A stretch of DNA of 64,000 nucleotides. It comes from Anthoceros angustus. Lineage: Eukaryota; Plantae; Anthocerotophyta. Where the stretch lies: NCBI GenBank assembly GCA_010909165.1, contig VJWM01000025.1, positions 1,736,001 to 1,800,000 on the forward strand, written 5' to 3'. The notes under the pieces are model-generated. The model was not told the origin of the DNA. It was given only the letters and a program-made list of their open reading frames with translations, and ran no database searches. Position 1 is the first letter of the stretch. Each line of letters starts with the position of its first letter. A program made the position numbers and the translations under genes. Below are positions 37,697 to 49,833 of the stretch, piece after piece.

Positions 37697-37955
37697 GCTC
37701 GGTGATCTGCAAGGAGACCACAGTGATATTTGCTACGTCGACGCACAGTGTAGCTAGTGTTCAACCTTGCGGGAACGCAACCTCCATTTTAACCGTGCCC
37801 GCCTTGGCCTTCAGTGGACGTGGAAGCGTCTCCTGTGGATCCAGTTACAAGTTTCAGGTAAACGATTCATTGAATGGCAACTCATCACAGGTGCTGTTCA
37901 AAAGAGCCTAGCAGTCTAGAGTGAAGCCCTGGATCTGGCTAACAGATGTATGTAC

Positions 37956-40900
37956 CTTCGGGTGGTGGAGGGACCTGGAGTCCAGAGCTCGATGTTGGTG
38001 CCGGTTGCTGAGGGTTTCCCTGTGGGACGTTCCTCCCCATGCCTGGAGACAGTCGACAGCCAACAGCACAGTCAGTTTACACATATATATGGAGTTCGCC
38101 CGCACAAACTACTGCTCATCAGTCCACATACTGAGCTGAAAAAACGACTGGGGACATTGCGCTGTCAGGAAATGGAAATTTGGGGTTAGAATGGAAAGAA
38201 CGTACCTGGGCCAGGAGCATGGGCATGTTGCTCGCCATGAGCCGGGGGACCGGCTCCCCTTGCAGGAGGAGCCGCGGGGACGATGTCCAGAGCCTGGTAC
38301 AGTTCCAGCAACCTCATCGGGTACTTGTCGCGGAGTTCCATGTAGTCAGGCAGGCCAGAGAGGAGGCAGTCGCGGGCGTTGGGATCCAAAGCCACCACAA
38401 CGGCATCTTGGAGAACACGGGACTCGGCGTGCTTGGCAGCCTCCCAGATCCTGAGGGCGGTTTCCGGTCCCAAAATCCCCAGCAGATACTGCTCGCAGAT
38501 AGCTACGGCCGCGGGGAGTTCGTAGTCGTACGATGCCTTGAGCATGTGGGTGCCGTGGGTGTTGAGCAAGGCGGGGTCGATTGTCCCTGTGTGGGCGTAG
38601 CCGAGTAAACCTAGCACCACCGGGTGCATAACCTCATCAACAAGCTCTCTCACCTCGGGGATGGAGCTGACCAGCAAGGCGGTCCTGACGAATTCGGCGT
38701 GCGCCCTCTGCCGCCGAGACATGGCCAGCAGTAGTTAGGTTACATACAAACAACACAAGTGAGAAGACACAGGACTGAAATGAGAAGACACAGGACTGAA
38801 ATGGGAAGACACAGGACTGAAATGAGAAGACACGGGACTCGGGGAAGACACGGGACTCGGGGGAAGACACTGGACTCGGGGAAGACACTGGACTCGGGGA
38901 AGACACGGGACTCGGGGAAGACACGGGACTCGGGGAAGACACGGGACTGGGGGAAGACACAGGACTCTGGGAAGCTGGAGGTAGATGGAGGTAGGTGGCG
39001 GTACAACACGCGTGAGAACACACGAGACTGTTTAAAATTTGAACGGCGGAAGGAGGTACGCACGCAGCAACGTTAACACATGTCAGAAAACACAGGACTG
39101 AAATGTGACTGGGAGGAATGAGTCACCACTTACCAGGACGTCTCTCTGGGCGCGAGAGAGGGAGCCGTCTCCTGAGCCGACGGGAAGATGCGAAGTTGGT
39201 GCCAAAAACATCTCTCTAACCACTGGAGCATAGTGGCGTTGCAAAATCGCCAGTCGCTGGGTTTCGGTACCTGCACTCCTCATTCTAGCATCCAGCACTT
39301 GGATATACTCGGCCTGAGTGAGTCCGGCAGCAGACGCTGAGAAGTAGTCCATGGCATAGAGCTGCTGCACTCGTTCCAGTAGTTCCGCATGGGGATGAGC
39401 ATGGGCACCAGCCGGCAATCCCATGGGAGCAGCCGGTCTAGGAGGCGGCGGTGTCGGAGGCCTGGGAAGAGGAGCAGGTCTGGGAACCGACAAGGGACCG
39501 AGTCCTGGATCAAATTCATCCGGGGCGCTGCTGGCGCCGGCATCGCTAGGGTCCTGATGCGGAGGCTGACGAGGAGGTTGTGCATGCGGAAAAGGAGAAG
39601 GAAAAGGAGTTTGATCCTGATCCTGGTCCCGAGGAGGATCCATATCCTGCATTGCAACCCCAGGCGCGGCAGCATCAGGCCGAGCCGGCGCCTTCCGCTT
39701 GGATCGTGCCCTCGATACTGGCGGCGGGAAGAGCTGGAGCGTAGGAGGAGCTCGACCGGGTACACCTGGTCTTGGATCCGCCTGCTGCTGCTGCAATCCA
39801 CCCAGAGTGCCTGGCCCAACGTCCCGGAACTGGTATGCAACCCCATTTCCCCCCTGTGGTTGTGGCTGGCTGCTCATGCCGCTGGTGCCATCGGCACTGG
39901 CCCATGAGTAGGTGTTGCCAGTGGCTGGTGCATCCTGACGAGCTCTGCTGCGATGTGCTCTCCGACCTGCTCGGGATGATGGGCCGTTGACGCTAGCGAA
40001 AGTTCCGTCGGGATTGCGGAGGCGCGGTGTCGATGTTCCACCTCCTCCCCCTCTTCGTCCTCGCCGACTCCGTGGCTGGGTAGCCTGTGCCTGCCCCGCC
40101 TGCTCTTCACCCTGACCCTGCTGTGCCTGCTGTGCTTCCTGTCCTTGTGCTTGGGGCGGGTCATGAAGCATCTGAGCAAAGTGGGCCCGAGCCTGACTGG
40201 CCACCCAAGACCGACGAGCCCTTCTCCGACTCCGCCGCTCTTCTTCGCACTCCACCTGAGCCAGTTGATCCTGCATGGCCGGCCCATAGCCATGGGCATC
40301 GCCATTCTCCTCCCTGTAAGTGGATGTCCGCACAGAATCATGGCAAGTGAGAGGAGCCACTCCCGTCCGGAGATGCTTGGCTGCAGGCTTAGCTGTGGAG
40401 CTGGAGCTGGGGGGCAAAGTGGCCATGGGGTCATGAGGAATGGTATGGGGAAGGAAAGGAATGGGTGGTGGAGGGGAAGGCATGGGGGAGGCAGAGGAAT
40501 CGGCATGGTAGCTGGGACTGGGCTGCTGGGCAGCAGCAGATGCACATGCAGCAACGAAAGCCCTGGACAAAGCTATTAGATGGTCCAGGATCGCCTGAGT
40601 CTGGGCAGGAGGCACGGGAACAGCTGGTGGCTGGGGAAGGGGATATTGGCTACGGGGAACATGAAGCTGTTGGCCAGCTTGGGGAATTGGGACAAGTGGG
40701 TGAAGCTGGTGGTGTGGGATTGGGTGAAGAGGGCGGAATGGAACAACTGGGTGGCATGGAACAACTAGGTGTGGAAGTGGAACTCGGCAGGGAATGTGGG
40801 GGATGTGGGGGATGTGGGGGATGTGGGGAACCTGGGGAATGTCGGGGATGCGAGGGATGTGGGGAATGTAAGGGATGTGGGGAATGTGGGGAAGAGGCTC

Positions 40901-41779
40901 GGGCATGGGAGCGGGAGTGGTGCCATTAGAATTCAAAGGGAAAGTGATCTCACCATCCGGCCCCCACCTCAGGGTAGGCCTGGGACGCCCGGGACCTCGG
41001 ACAAGAGGAAGAGTAAGATCCAGAGGTGGGATCGGTGGGTACAGCTCGTTGGCTCGGGCTCGGGCTTCGGGTGAGTAACGGGCTTGGGATTCGGCTGCAA
41101 AAAGGGCTCTGGCCCTGTTCGCAGCTGCCGTCACTCGGGCCAGTAGCTCGGAAGCTGGCATGGGGTGATATGCTGGGGCCACATGCTCAGGTGGAGGGTC
41201 TGGGAGCTGGTAAGACGGTAGCAGATGAAGAGGAAGGAGGTGATGCTGGGGAGGCGGGTGGAAATGGGGAGGAAGCTGCTCATGATGAAGAGGTGGCAAC
41301 ACATGAGGGGGAGGAAGAAATTGGTGAGGTGGAGGATCTGCTGGGAGGTGATAAGACGGTTGCAGATGAGCAGGGGGCAGGTCATGCTGGGGAGGCGGGT
41401 AGAAGTATTCTGCAGGCAGCTGATGATCAAGAGGAGGTAATAGATGCGGGGGAAGGAGTGGAGGAGGAGCAAGGGGAACAGGTGCAACGGGGATAAGAGG
41501 AATGGGTTCTTGGTCCAGATCATCTTCTACTTGTAGATCTTCTAGATCCGGAGTCCAATATGGTGGGGGAGGAGGAGGCATGACATGGCTAGGGGGGCCG
41601 CGGCGAATCTCGGGTATAGGGAATATGGTGCTCGGGGAGGTAGGGTCACGGGGACCTTGATTCTCGTTGCGAATGGAGTACGGGAACTGTGACTCGTCGA
41701 CGTCGCCGTCGTAGCCACCGCTAGCACCACCGCCGCTGCCACTGACTCCGGGGTTAATATCATCTTGACCAGACCCCAT
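37956..41779 (-). CDS. Large Pro/His-rich disordered protein with a C-terminal BTB/POZ-BACK-like domain; exons 41779-39134, 38707-38206, 38042-37956, terminal exon uncertain
   Basis: The 909-codon ORF ends [23 protein letters not shown] at a GTAAGT donor and splices in phase 0 to [12 protein letters not shown]...[11 protein letters not shown]...[22 protein letters not shown]...[21 protein letters not shown], giving a continuous SPOP/BPM-like BTB-BACK pattern. Confidence 0.75.
38752..38970. repeat. Compound intronic minisatellite (20-mer x3 grading into 18-mer x~8)
   Basis: gaagacacaggactgaaatg(a/g) x3, then gggaagacac(g/t)ggactcg x~8, sharing a gaagacac-ggact core. Confidence 0.9.
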
Positions 41780-41819
41780 GCTGCCTTCCCCTTGAGGCCT
41801 GCATAGCGCCACGCCCAGT

Positions 41820-42165
41820 TAGCCATCAACACAAATACACCCAAATACAATCCTCTCCAAACCAAGACTTGCACAACATATCCACCTCTCCCACACCAAA
41901 ACTTGCAAAACCACCCAACATATCCACACCCTCCTCCCCACACCACCAAAACTTGCAAAACCACCCAACACATTCCACACTCTCCTCCCCACACCAAGAC
42001 ATCCAAAACCACCCAACACATCCACCCTCCATCCCACACCAAGACATGCCAAACCACCCAACATATCCACCCTCTCCATCCCACACCAAGACATGCCAAA
42101 CCACCCAACATATCCAGAGTCTCCTATAGAAACCCAAGACTTGCAAAACCAGAACTTGAATAAAC
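41820..42165. repeat. ~41-bp C/A-rich tandem repeat (about 7 copies), probably in a 5'-UTR intron of the BTB gene
   Basis: Recurrent caaaaccacccaaca(t/c)atccacc...ccacaccaa units. They lie between an acceptor (tatgcag, ~41800) and a donor (ag|gtacgt, ~42272) on the minus strand. Confidence 0.8.
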
Positions 42166-42455
42166 CCTCAGTCCGGCGCATCAACAAGTGCTAGGCGCGC
42201 ATGCTCCAACGCGTCGCATAAGTTTGCAGCAAGGAACAAACCCAACACCTCCTTCTGGGCAGGAGCTCACGTACCTTGCAGTGCGTTGTAAGCGAGCCGC
42301 CCTTGAACGACTTCAGCAGCTGCCGCAGCTTAGCCTACGGGTGCCTCTCCTGCAAGCACGAAATAAACCAAGCAATGTTCAGCAAGAGCTGCGGACCTAT
42401 GATGCATATATAGCCTGGCTTGCCGAAAGAACGATTTGATCGAGCAGCACAACGA

Positions 42456-44590
42456 GAGCACGAGAGGGGCAGGGTGGAGGTCCTCGCCTGGACCAGATCG
42501 TTGTGGCTCACAAGCCGCTGCTAGCCTGGCTAGCAGACGAGAAGCTGCAGTAGAGCTACGAGGAGCTCGGAGGATCGCCCACGGGAGCTGAGTGGAGGAT
42601 CGAGACAGCTGCAGTAACGACCGAGAGCAAGCAGATCTACGCGGAGGAGCTCGAGAGCAAGCGGAACTCGGAGGAGGAACAAGCACGAGCTCGAGAGCAA
42701 GTAGAACTCGGAGGAGGGGCAAGCAGGAGCTCGAGAGCAAGTAGAACTCGGAGGAGGAGCAAGCAGGAGCTCGAGAGCAAGCAGAACTCGGGGGAGGAGC
42801 AAGCAAGAGCTCGAAGTAGCAAGCCGCTGGAGCTAGGAGGAGCTCGAAGGAGCAAGCAGAACTCGACGGAGGAGCAAGCAGACCTCGGAGGAGCTCGGAG
42901 GAGAAAGCAGGAGCAAGCGCCAGGAGCTCGGAGGAGGAGAAGAGACTGGAGCTGCACGAAGGCAAGAGCGGAACGCAAGAATGAGAAAGGAGGAGGGAGT
43001 GGGGCTGATAAAGGCCGACTCCCGCCTTGCCATTGGCCAGGGGCAGGGGCCCGGCGCCAGAGCGCTGCAGGTACAAGCTCAGGGCGAGCCGAGGCAGAGC
43101 CCGAGACAGAGGCAGCTGCCAGCGGTTGAAGAGTCCGGACAGCGTGAGGGGGAGCCTGAGCAGTAGCTCTTCTTCCAGAACTCTTCATGGACTCCCAGGC
43201 CGGCTGCTAATTCCCCAGCGACCAATCCCGCTCCGCCTGGCTTCGCCATCCTTCTTCTTCCCTTTATCTAACCCACGCAACCTATGTAAACATAACCATT
43301 ATTTATCCAACTCTCCGCTGAGTACAGCACTGCGAGTGCTCTGCCATGGTCAGCGTCCTCTCCCTCATCTGCCTCCACTGCACCCAGCTGGTAAACGTCA
43401 TCTCAACTGCACTCCCGTATTAACTTCTAGGGCTCCGCGTTCTGACAGCGTAAACGTCTCCTACATGCATTCATTCATTTCCTTGCGAGCCGGCTGACAT
43501 CGATACCGTATTCAATACTCGCTTACCACAGAGCACGAGAGGGGCAGGGTGGAGGTCCTCGCCTGGACCAGATCGTTGTGGCTCACAAGCCGCTGCTAGC
43601 CTGGCTAGCAGACGAGAAGCTGCAGTAGAGCTACGAGGAGCTCGGAGGATCGCCCACGGGAGCTGAGTGGAGGATCGAGACAGCTGCAGTAACGACCGAG
43701 AGCAAGCAGATCTACGCGGAGGAGCCTCGAGAGCAAGCGGAACTCGGAGGAGGAACAAGCACGAGCTCGAGAGCAAGTAGAACTCGGAGGAGGGGCAAGC
43801 AGGAGCTCGAGAGCAAGTAGAACTCGGAGGAGGAGCAAGCAGGAGCCTCGAGCAAGCAGAACTCGGGGAGGAGCAAGCAAGAGCTCGAAGTAGCAAGCTG
43901 CTGGAGCTAGGAGGAGCTCGAAGGAGCAAGCAGAACTCGACGGAGGAGCAAGCAGACCTCGGAGGAGCTCGGAGGAGAAAGCAGGAGCAAGCGCCAGGAG
44001 CTCGGAGGAGGAGAAGAGACTGGAGCTGCACGAAGGCAAGAGCGGAACGCAAGAATGAGAAAGGAGGAGGGAGCGGTGGGGCTGATAAAGGCCGACTCCC
44101 GCCTTGCCATTGGCCAGGGGCAGGGGCCCGGCGCCAGAGCGCTGCAGGTACAAGCTCAGGGCGAGCCCGAGGCAGAGCCCGAGACAGAGGCAGCTGCCAG
44201 CGGTTGAAGAGTCCGGACAGCGTGAGGGGGAGCCTGAGCAGTAGCTCTTTCTTCCAGAACTCTTCATGGACTCCCAGGCCGGCTGCTAATTCCCCAGCGA
44301 CCAATCCCCGCTCCGCCTGGCTTCGCCATCCTTCTTCTTCCCTTTATCTAACCCACGCAACCTATGTAAACATAACCATTATTTATCCAACTCTCCGCTG
44401 AGTACAGCACTGCGAGTGCTCTGCCATGGTCAGCGTCCTCTCCCTCATCTGCCTCCACTGCACCCAGCTGGTAAACGTCATCTCAACTGCACTCCCGTAT
44501 TAACTTCTAGGGCTCCGCGTTCTGACAGCGTAAACGTCTCCTACATGCATTCATTCATTTCCTTGCGAGCCGGCTGACATCGATACTGTA
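42456..44590. repeat. ~1.07-kb direct tandem duplication, each unit containing a ~40-bp subrepeat array
   Basis: 42456-~43510 is near-identical to 43531-~44590. Subrepeat gagctcgagagcaagtagaactcggaggaggagcaagcag. The copies differ mainly by 1-nt indels. Confidence 0.95.
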
Positions 44591-45914
44591 CACACTGTAT
44601 TCTGCTTTCAATACTCGCGTAGCACCGACTGGGAGTGGGAGTCGTGTAGCACCGACTAGGACTTGCGTTATCACTTATCTACATAGGTATAAGTAACCGT
44701 ATATACATCTATACAACTGTTGGCGGCGTGCCCTAAGTGCACATTTTCAAAATCCGGGGCACTTCAATTTTCCCGGGCCCTAAGTGTGCCTTGAATTCCC
44801 TTTCCCGCGCCCCAAGTATGGCATATTTTCCCGGGCCTAGAGTTTTCTGGATTTTTTCATACACATGTCCAACTGAACGGCCAAAGGGGGCTTTGCAACT
44901 TTCTCGGGCCCAAAGTGCCCAACTAGGACTTACACCACTATCTCATCATCTATAGACCTATGTATATAAGACTGTGTATACTAAGTTATACGTATACATA
45001 TACACAATGACTCACGACATGTCCTAAGTGCACTTTTTCCAATGCCATCAGTGCACTTGGTTTCCCGCGGTCCTTGCTTTTCCCTTTTCCGTGCCCTCAA
45101 TGCGGCTAGTTAACGTTTTCCTTGGCCCAAAAGAGGTCTTCTCTTTCTTTTTCGTATCCAAATGGGTTGTGCATTGGTCCCAGGCACAGAGTGGGCCTGG
45201 CGTTCCCGGCCTAGTTTTATATTACAACTAACTTTGTGGGCTCAAAGTGAGCCTCACATTCTATACTTATGTTATGCAACCAGCTCCATGGGCCCAAAGT
45301 GGAAACAACATTCCCTTCTTTCATGCGTATATTATGCAAGCACTTTCATGTGCCCAAAGCAGGCCTCAAAGAATATGATATCCGTATGACTAACATATAT
45401 CATGTATCCATCAAATTCAGATCTATTCATAACATACCAAATTCTAACTTGTATCATATATTCACTAGTTATTACATAATACCAACAACATGATATATAT
45501 TATGTAGTTAATATATAAATAATATATAATAATCTATATATCTATATCTATCTTACATTTATTATACTTGTACTCACACGTGATAATAGTAACTTCAAAG
45601 CTCAAAAGTTACTCGATATTATACTGATAAAATAGCTTATTCAAAAAATATATTTTATATTATATTAATTAAATAAATTTTTTAATTGAGTTAATAAAAA
45701 AAGGATGAGTTCAAGGGTTAAAGTTTGCAACACAGTCAAAAACAAAAAGAAACATGAAACTAGATCCTATAATGTATATAAGTGAATTGATTTCTTGAAT
45801 TGACTTGTGGTAGTTCTGTTAACAATAGCTTCTTGTTGTATATGTATAAATATTCTCATAAAAAAATATCAATTGGACATGCCAATAGTTTCCATTAGTT
45901 GCGGCCTTGTCCAT

Positions 45915-46330
45915 TGGAAGGATCTTAATCATGGTCACTGAAATGAGTGAAACATTTGCTGGACGCCCTTTTGTTTGAGAAAGTTTATTTGCACATCTAC
46001 TTATTTACCATTGGAAGGATCATAATCATGGTCACTAGCATGAGTGAAACATTGTTGGATGCTCTTTTGTTTGAGAAAGTTTATTTGCACATCTACTTAT
46101 TTACCATTGGAAGGATCTTAATTATGGTCACTGAAATGAGTGAAACGTTGTTGCATGCCCTTTTGTTTGAGAAAGTTTATTTGCACATCTACTAATTTAC
46201 TATTGGAAGGATCTTAATCATGGTCACTGAAATGAGTGAAACGTTGTTGCATGCCCTTTTGTTTGAAAAAGTTTATCTACACATCTACTTATTTATCCGG
46301 CAACTTTCTCCATTTGGAGGATGCTAATCA
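45915..46330. repeat. ~96-bp tandem repeat (about 4 copies)
   Basis: attggaaggatcttaatcatggtcactgaaatgagtgaaac...tttgtttgagaaagtttatttgcacatctac, repeated. Confidence 0.9.
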
Positions 46331-46707
46331 TGGTCATTGGAAATGAATCAAACACTTGTTGGATGCCTTTTTGTAAATTGCAAAAGATTACATGCTCGTC
46401 TACATATTTGTCCAAGAACCTTACTTTTTAGTCTAACAAGTTTATGATGTGACAAAATTTAAATTTAAATTTCTTTTTCTCTCCTAAGTTACAAAAAGTA
46501 ACCTAGGCAAAAGTTATTTTTACTCTTTGAGTTTGACTAAGTGTGAAGAAAAAATCAGTATTAAAAAAAAAATCCAAATGTCTCAATTGATCGGTCTATG
46601 TCTTAGGTTCTTGGTTGATGTTCACATAAGGACAAGTCAACACACCAAACGACTTTGCAAAAATAATTAGAAAGAGCCCCCTAAGTGGCTTACGAGAGGG
46701 CGCTTAA

Positions 46708-46815
46708 AAGTGCCTTAAGTACAAGAGGCCTCCTAGAAGCTTCAAAGTGCCTTAAGTACAAGAGGCCACCTAGAAGCTTCAAAGTGCCTTAAGGACAAGA
46801 GGCCACCTAGAAACG
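46708..46815. repeat. 37-bp tandem repeat (3 copies)
   Basis: cttaagtacaagaggcc(t/a)cctagaagcttcaaagtgc at 46714, 46751 and 46788. Confidence 0.9.
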
Positions 46816-47984
46816 CCTTATTACAAGTGGGCACGTTTAAGGGCCTTGCACCAGGGCGGCCTTGAAAGGGCGTGTTCTCGTGCGGGAGGTAGAGATGTAC
46901 CAGTGAGGGGTCCCAAAGAGGCCTACTGCGGGCCGGATATCACAGCTATGGAGAAAAGGGATCCCGAAGAGCTTCACAAGTGGCAAAGATGCTGCTATGA
47001 TCCGCTCCGCCTACTCTTCAAATGTCCTTGATGCTTGGCTTCGAACCCCAGTTGCAATCAATGGGCTGAAACGTTACATCACCAAGGGGGCTGCAATTGA
47101 GACAACGACATTTGAGATTCGCGCTCTCGTTCTTTCATGTCTATGTCTAGGTGGGCCCAAGCTGGGTTATGCAACCTTCTCGGGCCCAAAGTGGGTTATG
47201 CAACCTCGAAGTGTTAGACTTGCGTTCTCGTTCTTTCATGTACATCTATGTTCAACTGGGCCCAAAGTGGGTCATGCAGCCTTCTCAAGCCCAAAATAGC
47301 TCATGCGGCCTTCTCGGGCCCAAAATGGGTTGTGCAACCTCGAAGATTACGCGTTCCGCTTCTTTCACACCTACGGATGCTTAGGGTTCCTTTCCTTGAA
47401 ATTTCTTTAAATTTCATTACTATGTTGTGGAACCTTAGCATTCCCCCTTCTTTCATACATGCATTGTGAAACCTTCTCGTTTCCACTCTTTCATTCATAC
47501 CCTATTCTTTTCTAGCTGTTCTTTCATCTCTATGTTATGCAACCCTAATTCATGTTCCCATTTTTTGTGTCATACCTATGAAATTGTGTTAGCATTCTTT
47601 CAGCTCTTAGTTGTATAAATTTCATGTTAGTTATGGAAGTACAATTTCATAACACACCATTTTGTTATGAACATAAAAATAGAGCAATCTTTATTGAAAG
47701 AGGAGAGATGGGTAAGCTCATCTACCATAAGACACCATAGGGAAAGCCCAAGAGTCACAAGTTATGCTATTTATTGGATGAAGAAATTTTCTAATCATAT
47801 CCTACCAACCTGTCACTTTGTATCATATATTTATTATTCATTGCATATTATGTATAATTTTATATCCTATATATTGATATGTATATATATTACATATATG
47901 CAATTCTTATACCATCACTCAGTATGAAATACTTATGTCTTAATGATAATTATCACAATATAACACATTCACTTCGATCATCTC

Positions 47985-49075
47985 CGCTTGGCTGGTGGAA
48001 TACTTTTCAGGGAAAAGAAACCAATGCTTTGAAGTCATTTCTCAACGTTTCAACCTCATTCCTATGCAGACTTCTGGTGGCTGACTCTATGCCGCAAGAG
48101 TTTCATAAAAGTGCTGCAAAGTATCAAGTTATATCTGCTCTCCATTCTCGTATCCTAAGGCTGGTTTGGAAAAGCCCAGGCGTGCTAGAACGATATAGGT
48201 GCGCTCTCTGGCAAATACTACGCACTACTCTTTCAAACGCGGACAGATGGAATGGTTTCTTTGAAGCTATGGGCTGCCCCTCCTGCACTATTTGCGGCTT
48301 GGGACAAGAGCTTACCAGTGAGCATATCTTTTACAGCTGCCCCCTTGCACAAAAAGTCTGGTTGCAGATCCTCTCATGGATTCGTAAGATCATGAAGGAC
48401 ATGAATCTAATTATATCTAAGTTCATTGTGCTCTTTAGATTAGATGGTGATTTTGGAAAAGCCTGGCTATCAAAACAACTGTGGCGAGCGCTTCAGGCCA
48501 CTACCATTCATGTCCTTTGGGTCCACTGGACGGCCGTGATTTTCAAGGGAGATGATCCTGCAATGTGCTACAAGCTGCTCTGCCAAATTTGGGCGTCTGT
48601 ACTTTTCACTGCTATTGGATTGCTTAGGGATGATCCGAAGCGATTCAAATCGAGGGATTCATGGCAAAACACTGGTCTCTTGATTTCTCTCCCCTAGGAC
48701 ACTGATGAGAGAAGATTCGGGCTGCGCATGGAGAGGGATGGAGCCGAGTGAAGTGATCTCGGCTTTGTGGTACCATCACTGCCCGTTTTTATGTCCGCCA
48801 TAACTGGTGGAGCGTCTGGGTGGTGTGCTCAGCAAACTGTATGATATGAAGTATGAGGTGGTGGGGGGAGTTTGAGTAAGGGGCTCCTTGGGGGCCTGAC
48901 ACTTTGTTCCTATTTCTGTGATTTGTGCTGGCCGCGATGTGATGGCCCAGATTGGTTGGTCCCTTGCTCGATTTGCAGACTCTGTTCGACCCCTGCTTTT
49001 TGCTCCTGGTGTGGTGAGCTGTACGATCACATCCATTTATATAGTGTTGTATAAATTCGTCTACAAAAACGTTCA
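47985..49075 (+). mobile_element. 5'-truncated LINE (L1/Tx1-like): ORF2 C-terminus with zf-RVT zinc knuckle, plus 3' UTR
   Basis: VWKSPGVLERYRCALWQIL...CTICGLGQELTSEHIFYSCPLAQKVW...LWVHWTAVIF is the typical zf-RVT and C-terminal region of plant LINE ORF2. The RT domain is absent. Confidence 0.85.
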
Positions 49076-49833
49076 CTTGGGTTTTGATGATATACTTCTC
49101 TAATTGATTATGATAACTCTAAAGCTTAGGAGTTACTTGGAATCATACTTGAATATTAGCTGATAACTTGACTTTTCTTTGATGAGCTTCAACGTTACAC
49201 CACAGCCGTTGCGATTGTATTCTTTTAGCAAGTGCTAGCTTAAGTCCCCTACGCTCTCGTTATCACCAATGTTCCACTATATGTACATAGGTAGATACGT
49301 AATGTTGTTGTATATGCAAAGTCTCGTGGTGGTATTGGAGGGAGTCAAAGTTGCGAAATGCATCTAAGGAAGGAGCCCCATAGACAACGACATTCACACC
49401 ATGGCTGCACGCGTACATAATCCAACATGTACTGCAAACTTTTCTTGGGAGCGTCATGGTGCGAATCCAGCAACTGCGAGGATGGAGATGCTTTGCTTGC
49501 CATACTCGACTGTGCCAGGGGCCAGCATGACATGTAATACATAAGAGGGGGCAGGAGGACGGCGCCCTAATTTTACTACGGTTGCATGGCTGCAGCCCCA
49601 AACAAAACAGAAAAAAAGGGGATTCGATCCGCTGTCAAAATATCCAGATTAACAATGTCTGTACTCTACTTCATACACACATGTACAGCATTGCCATCAC
49701 ATCATGTCTGGAATTGCGTCCACCACATTTATAAGTTTGCTGAGCGCAGCTCCGGCATCCAACATTGCAAGCAAGCGAGATGTGAAGGAGAAATTGGGCA
49801 GATGCAGGGCGCATGGGGGAGCCTGAGATGCGA

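Larger units (their letters stand above)
44740..47345. repeat. Region with dispersed and clustered GGGCCCAAAGTGG motifs (TE-subterminal-like)
   Basis: The motif recurs at ~44905, 45290, 47153, 47181, 47258 and 47316. The last four lie in gggcccaaagtgggttatgcaacct-type units. Confidence 0.55.

Noticed and set aside
39389-41496. Plus-strand ORFs opposite the Pro-rich gene (e.g. acidic 41026-41496)
   Set aside because: They are antisense shadows of a GC-rich, repeat-containing coding exon.
42330-44304. Leu/Ser-rich ORFs of 180-277 aa in the 1.07-kb duplication
   Set aside because: They arise from a 40-bp non-triplet subrepeat, the frames differ between the two copies, and no domain is recognisable.
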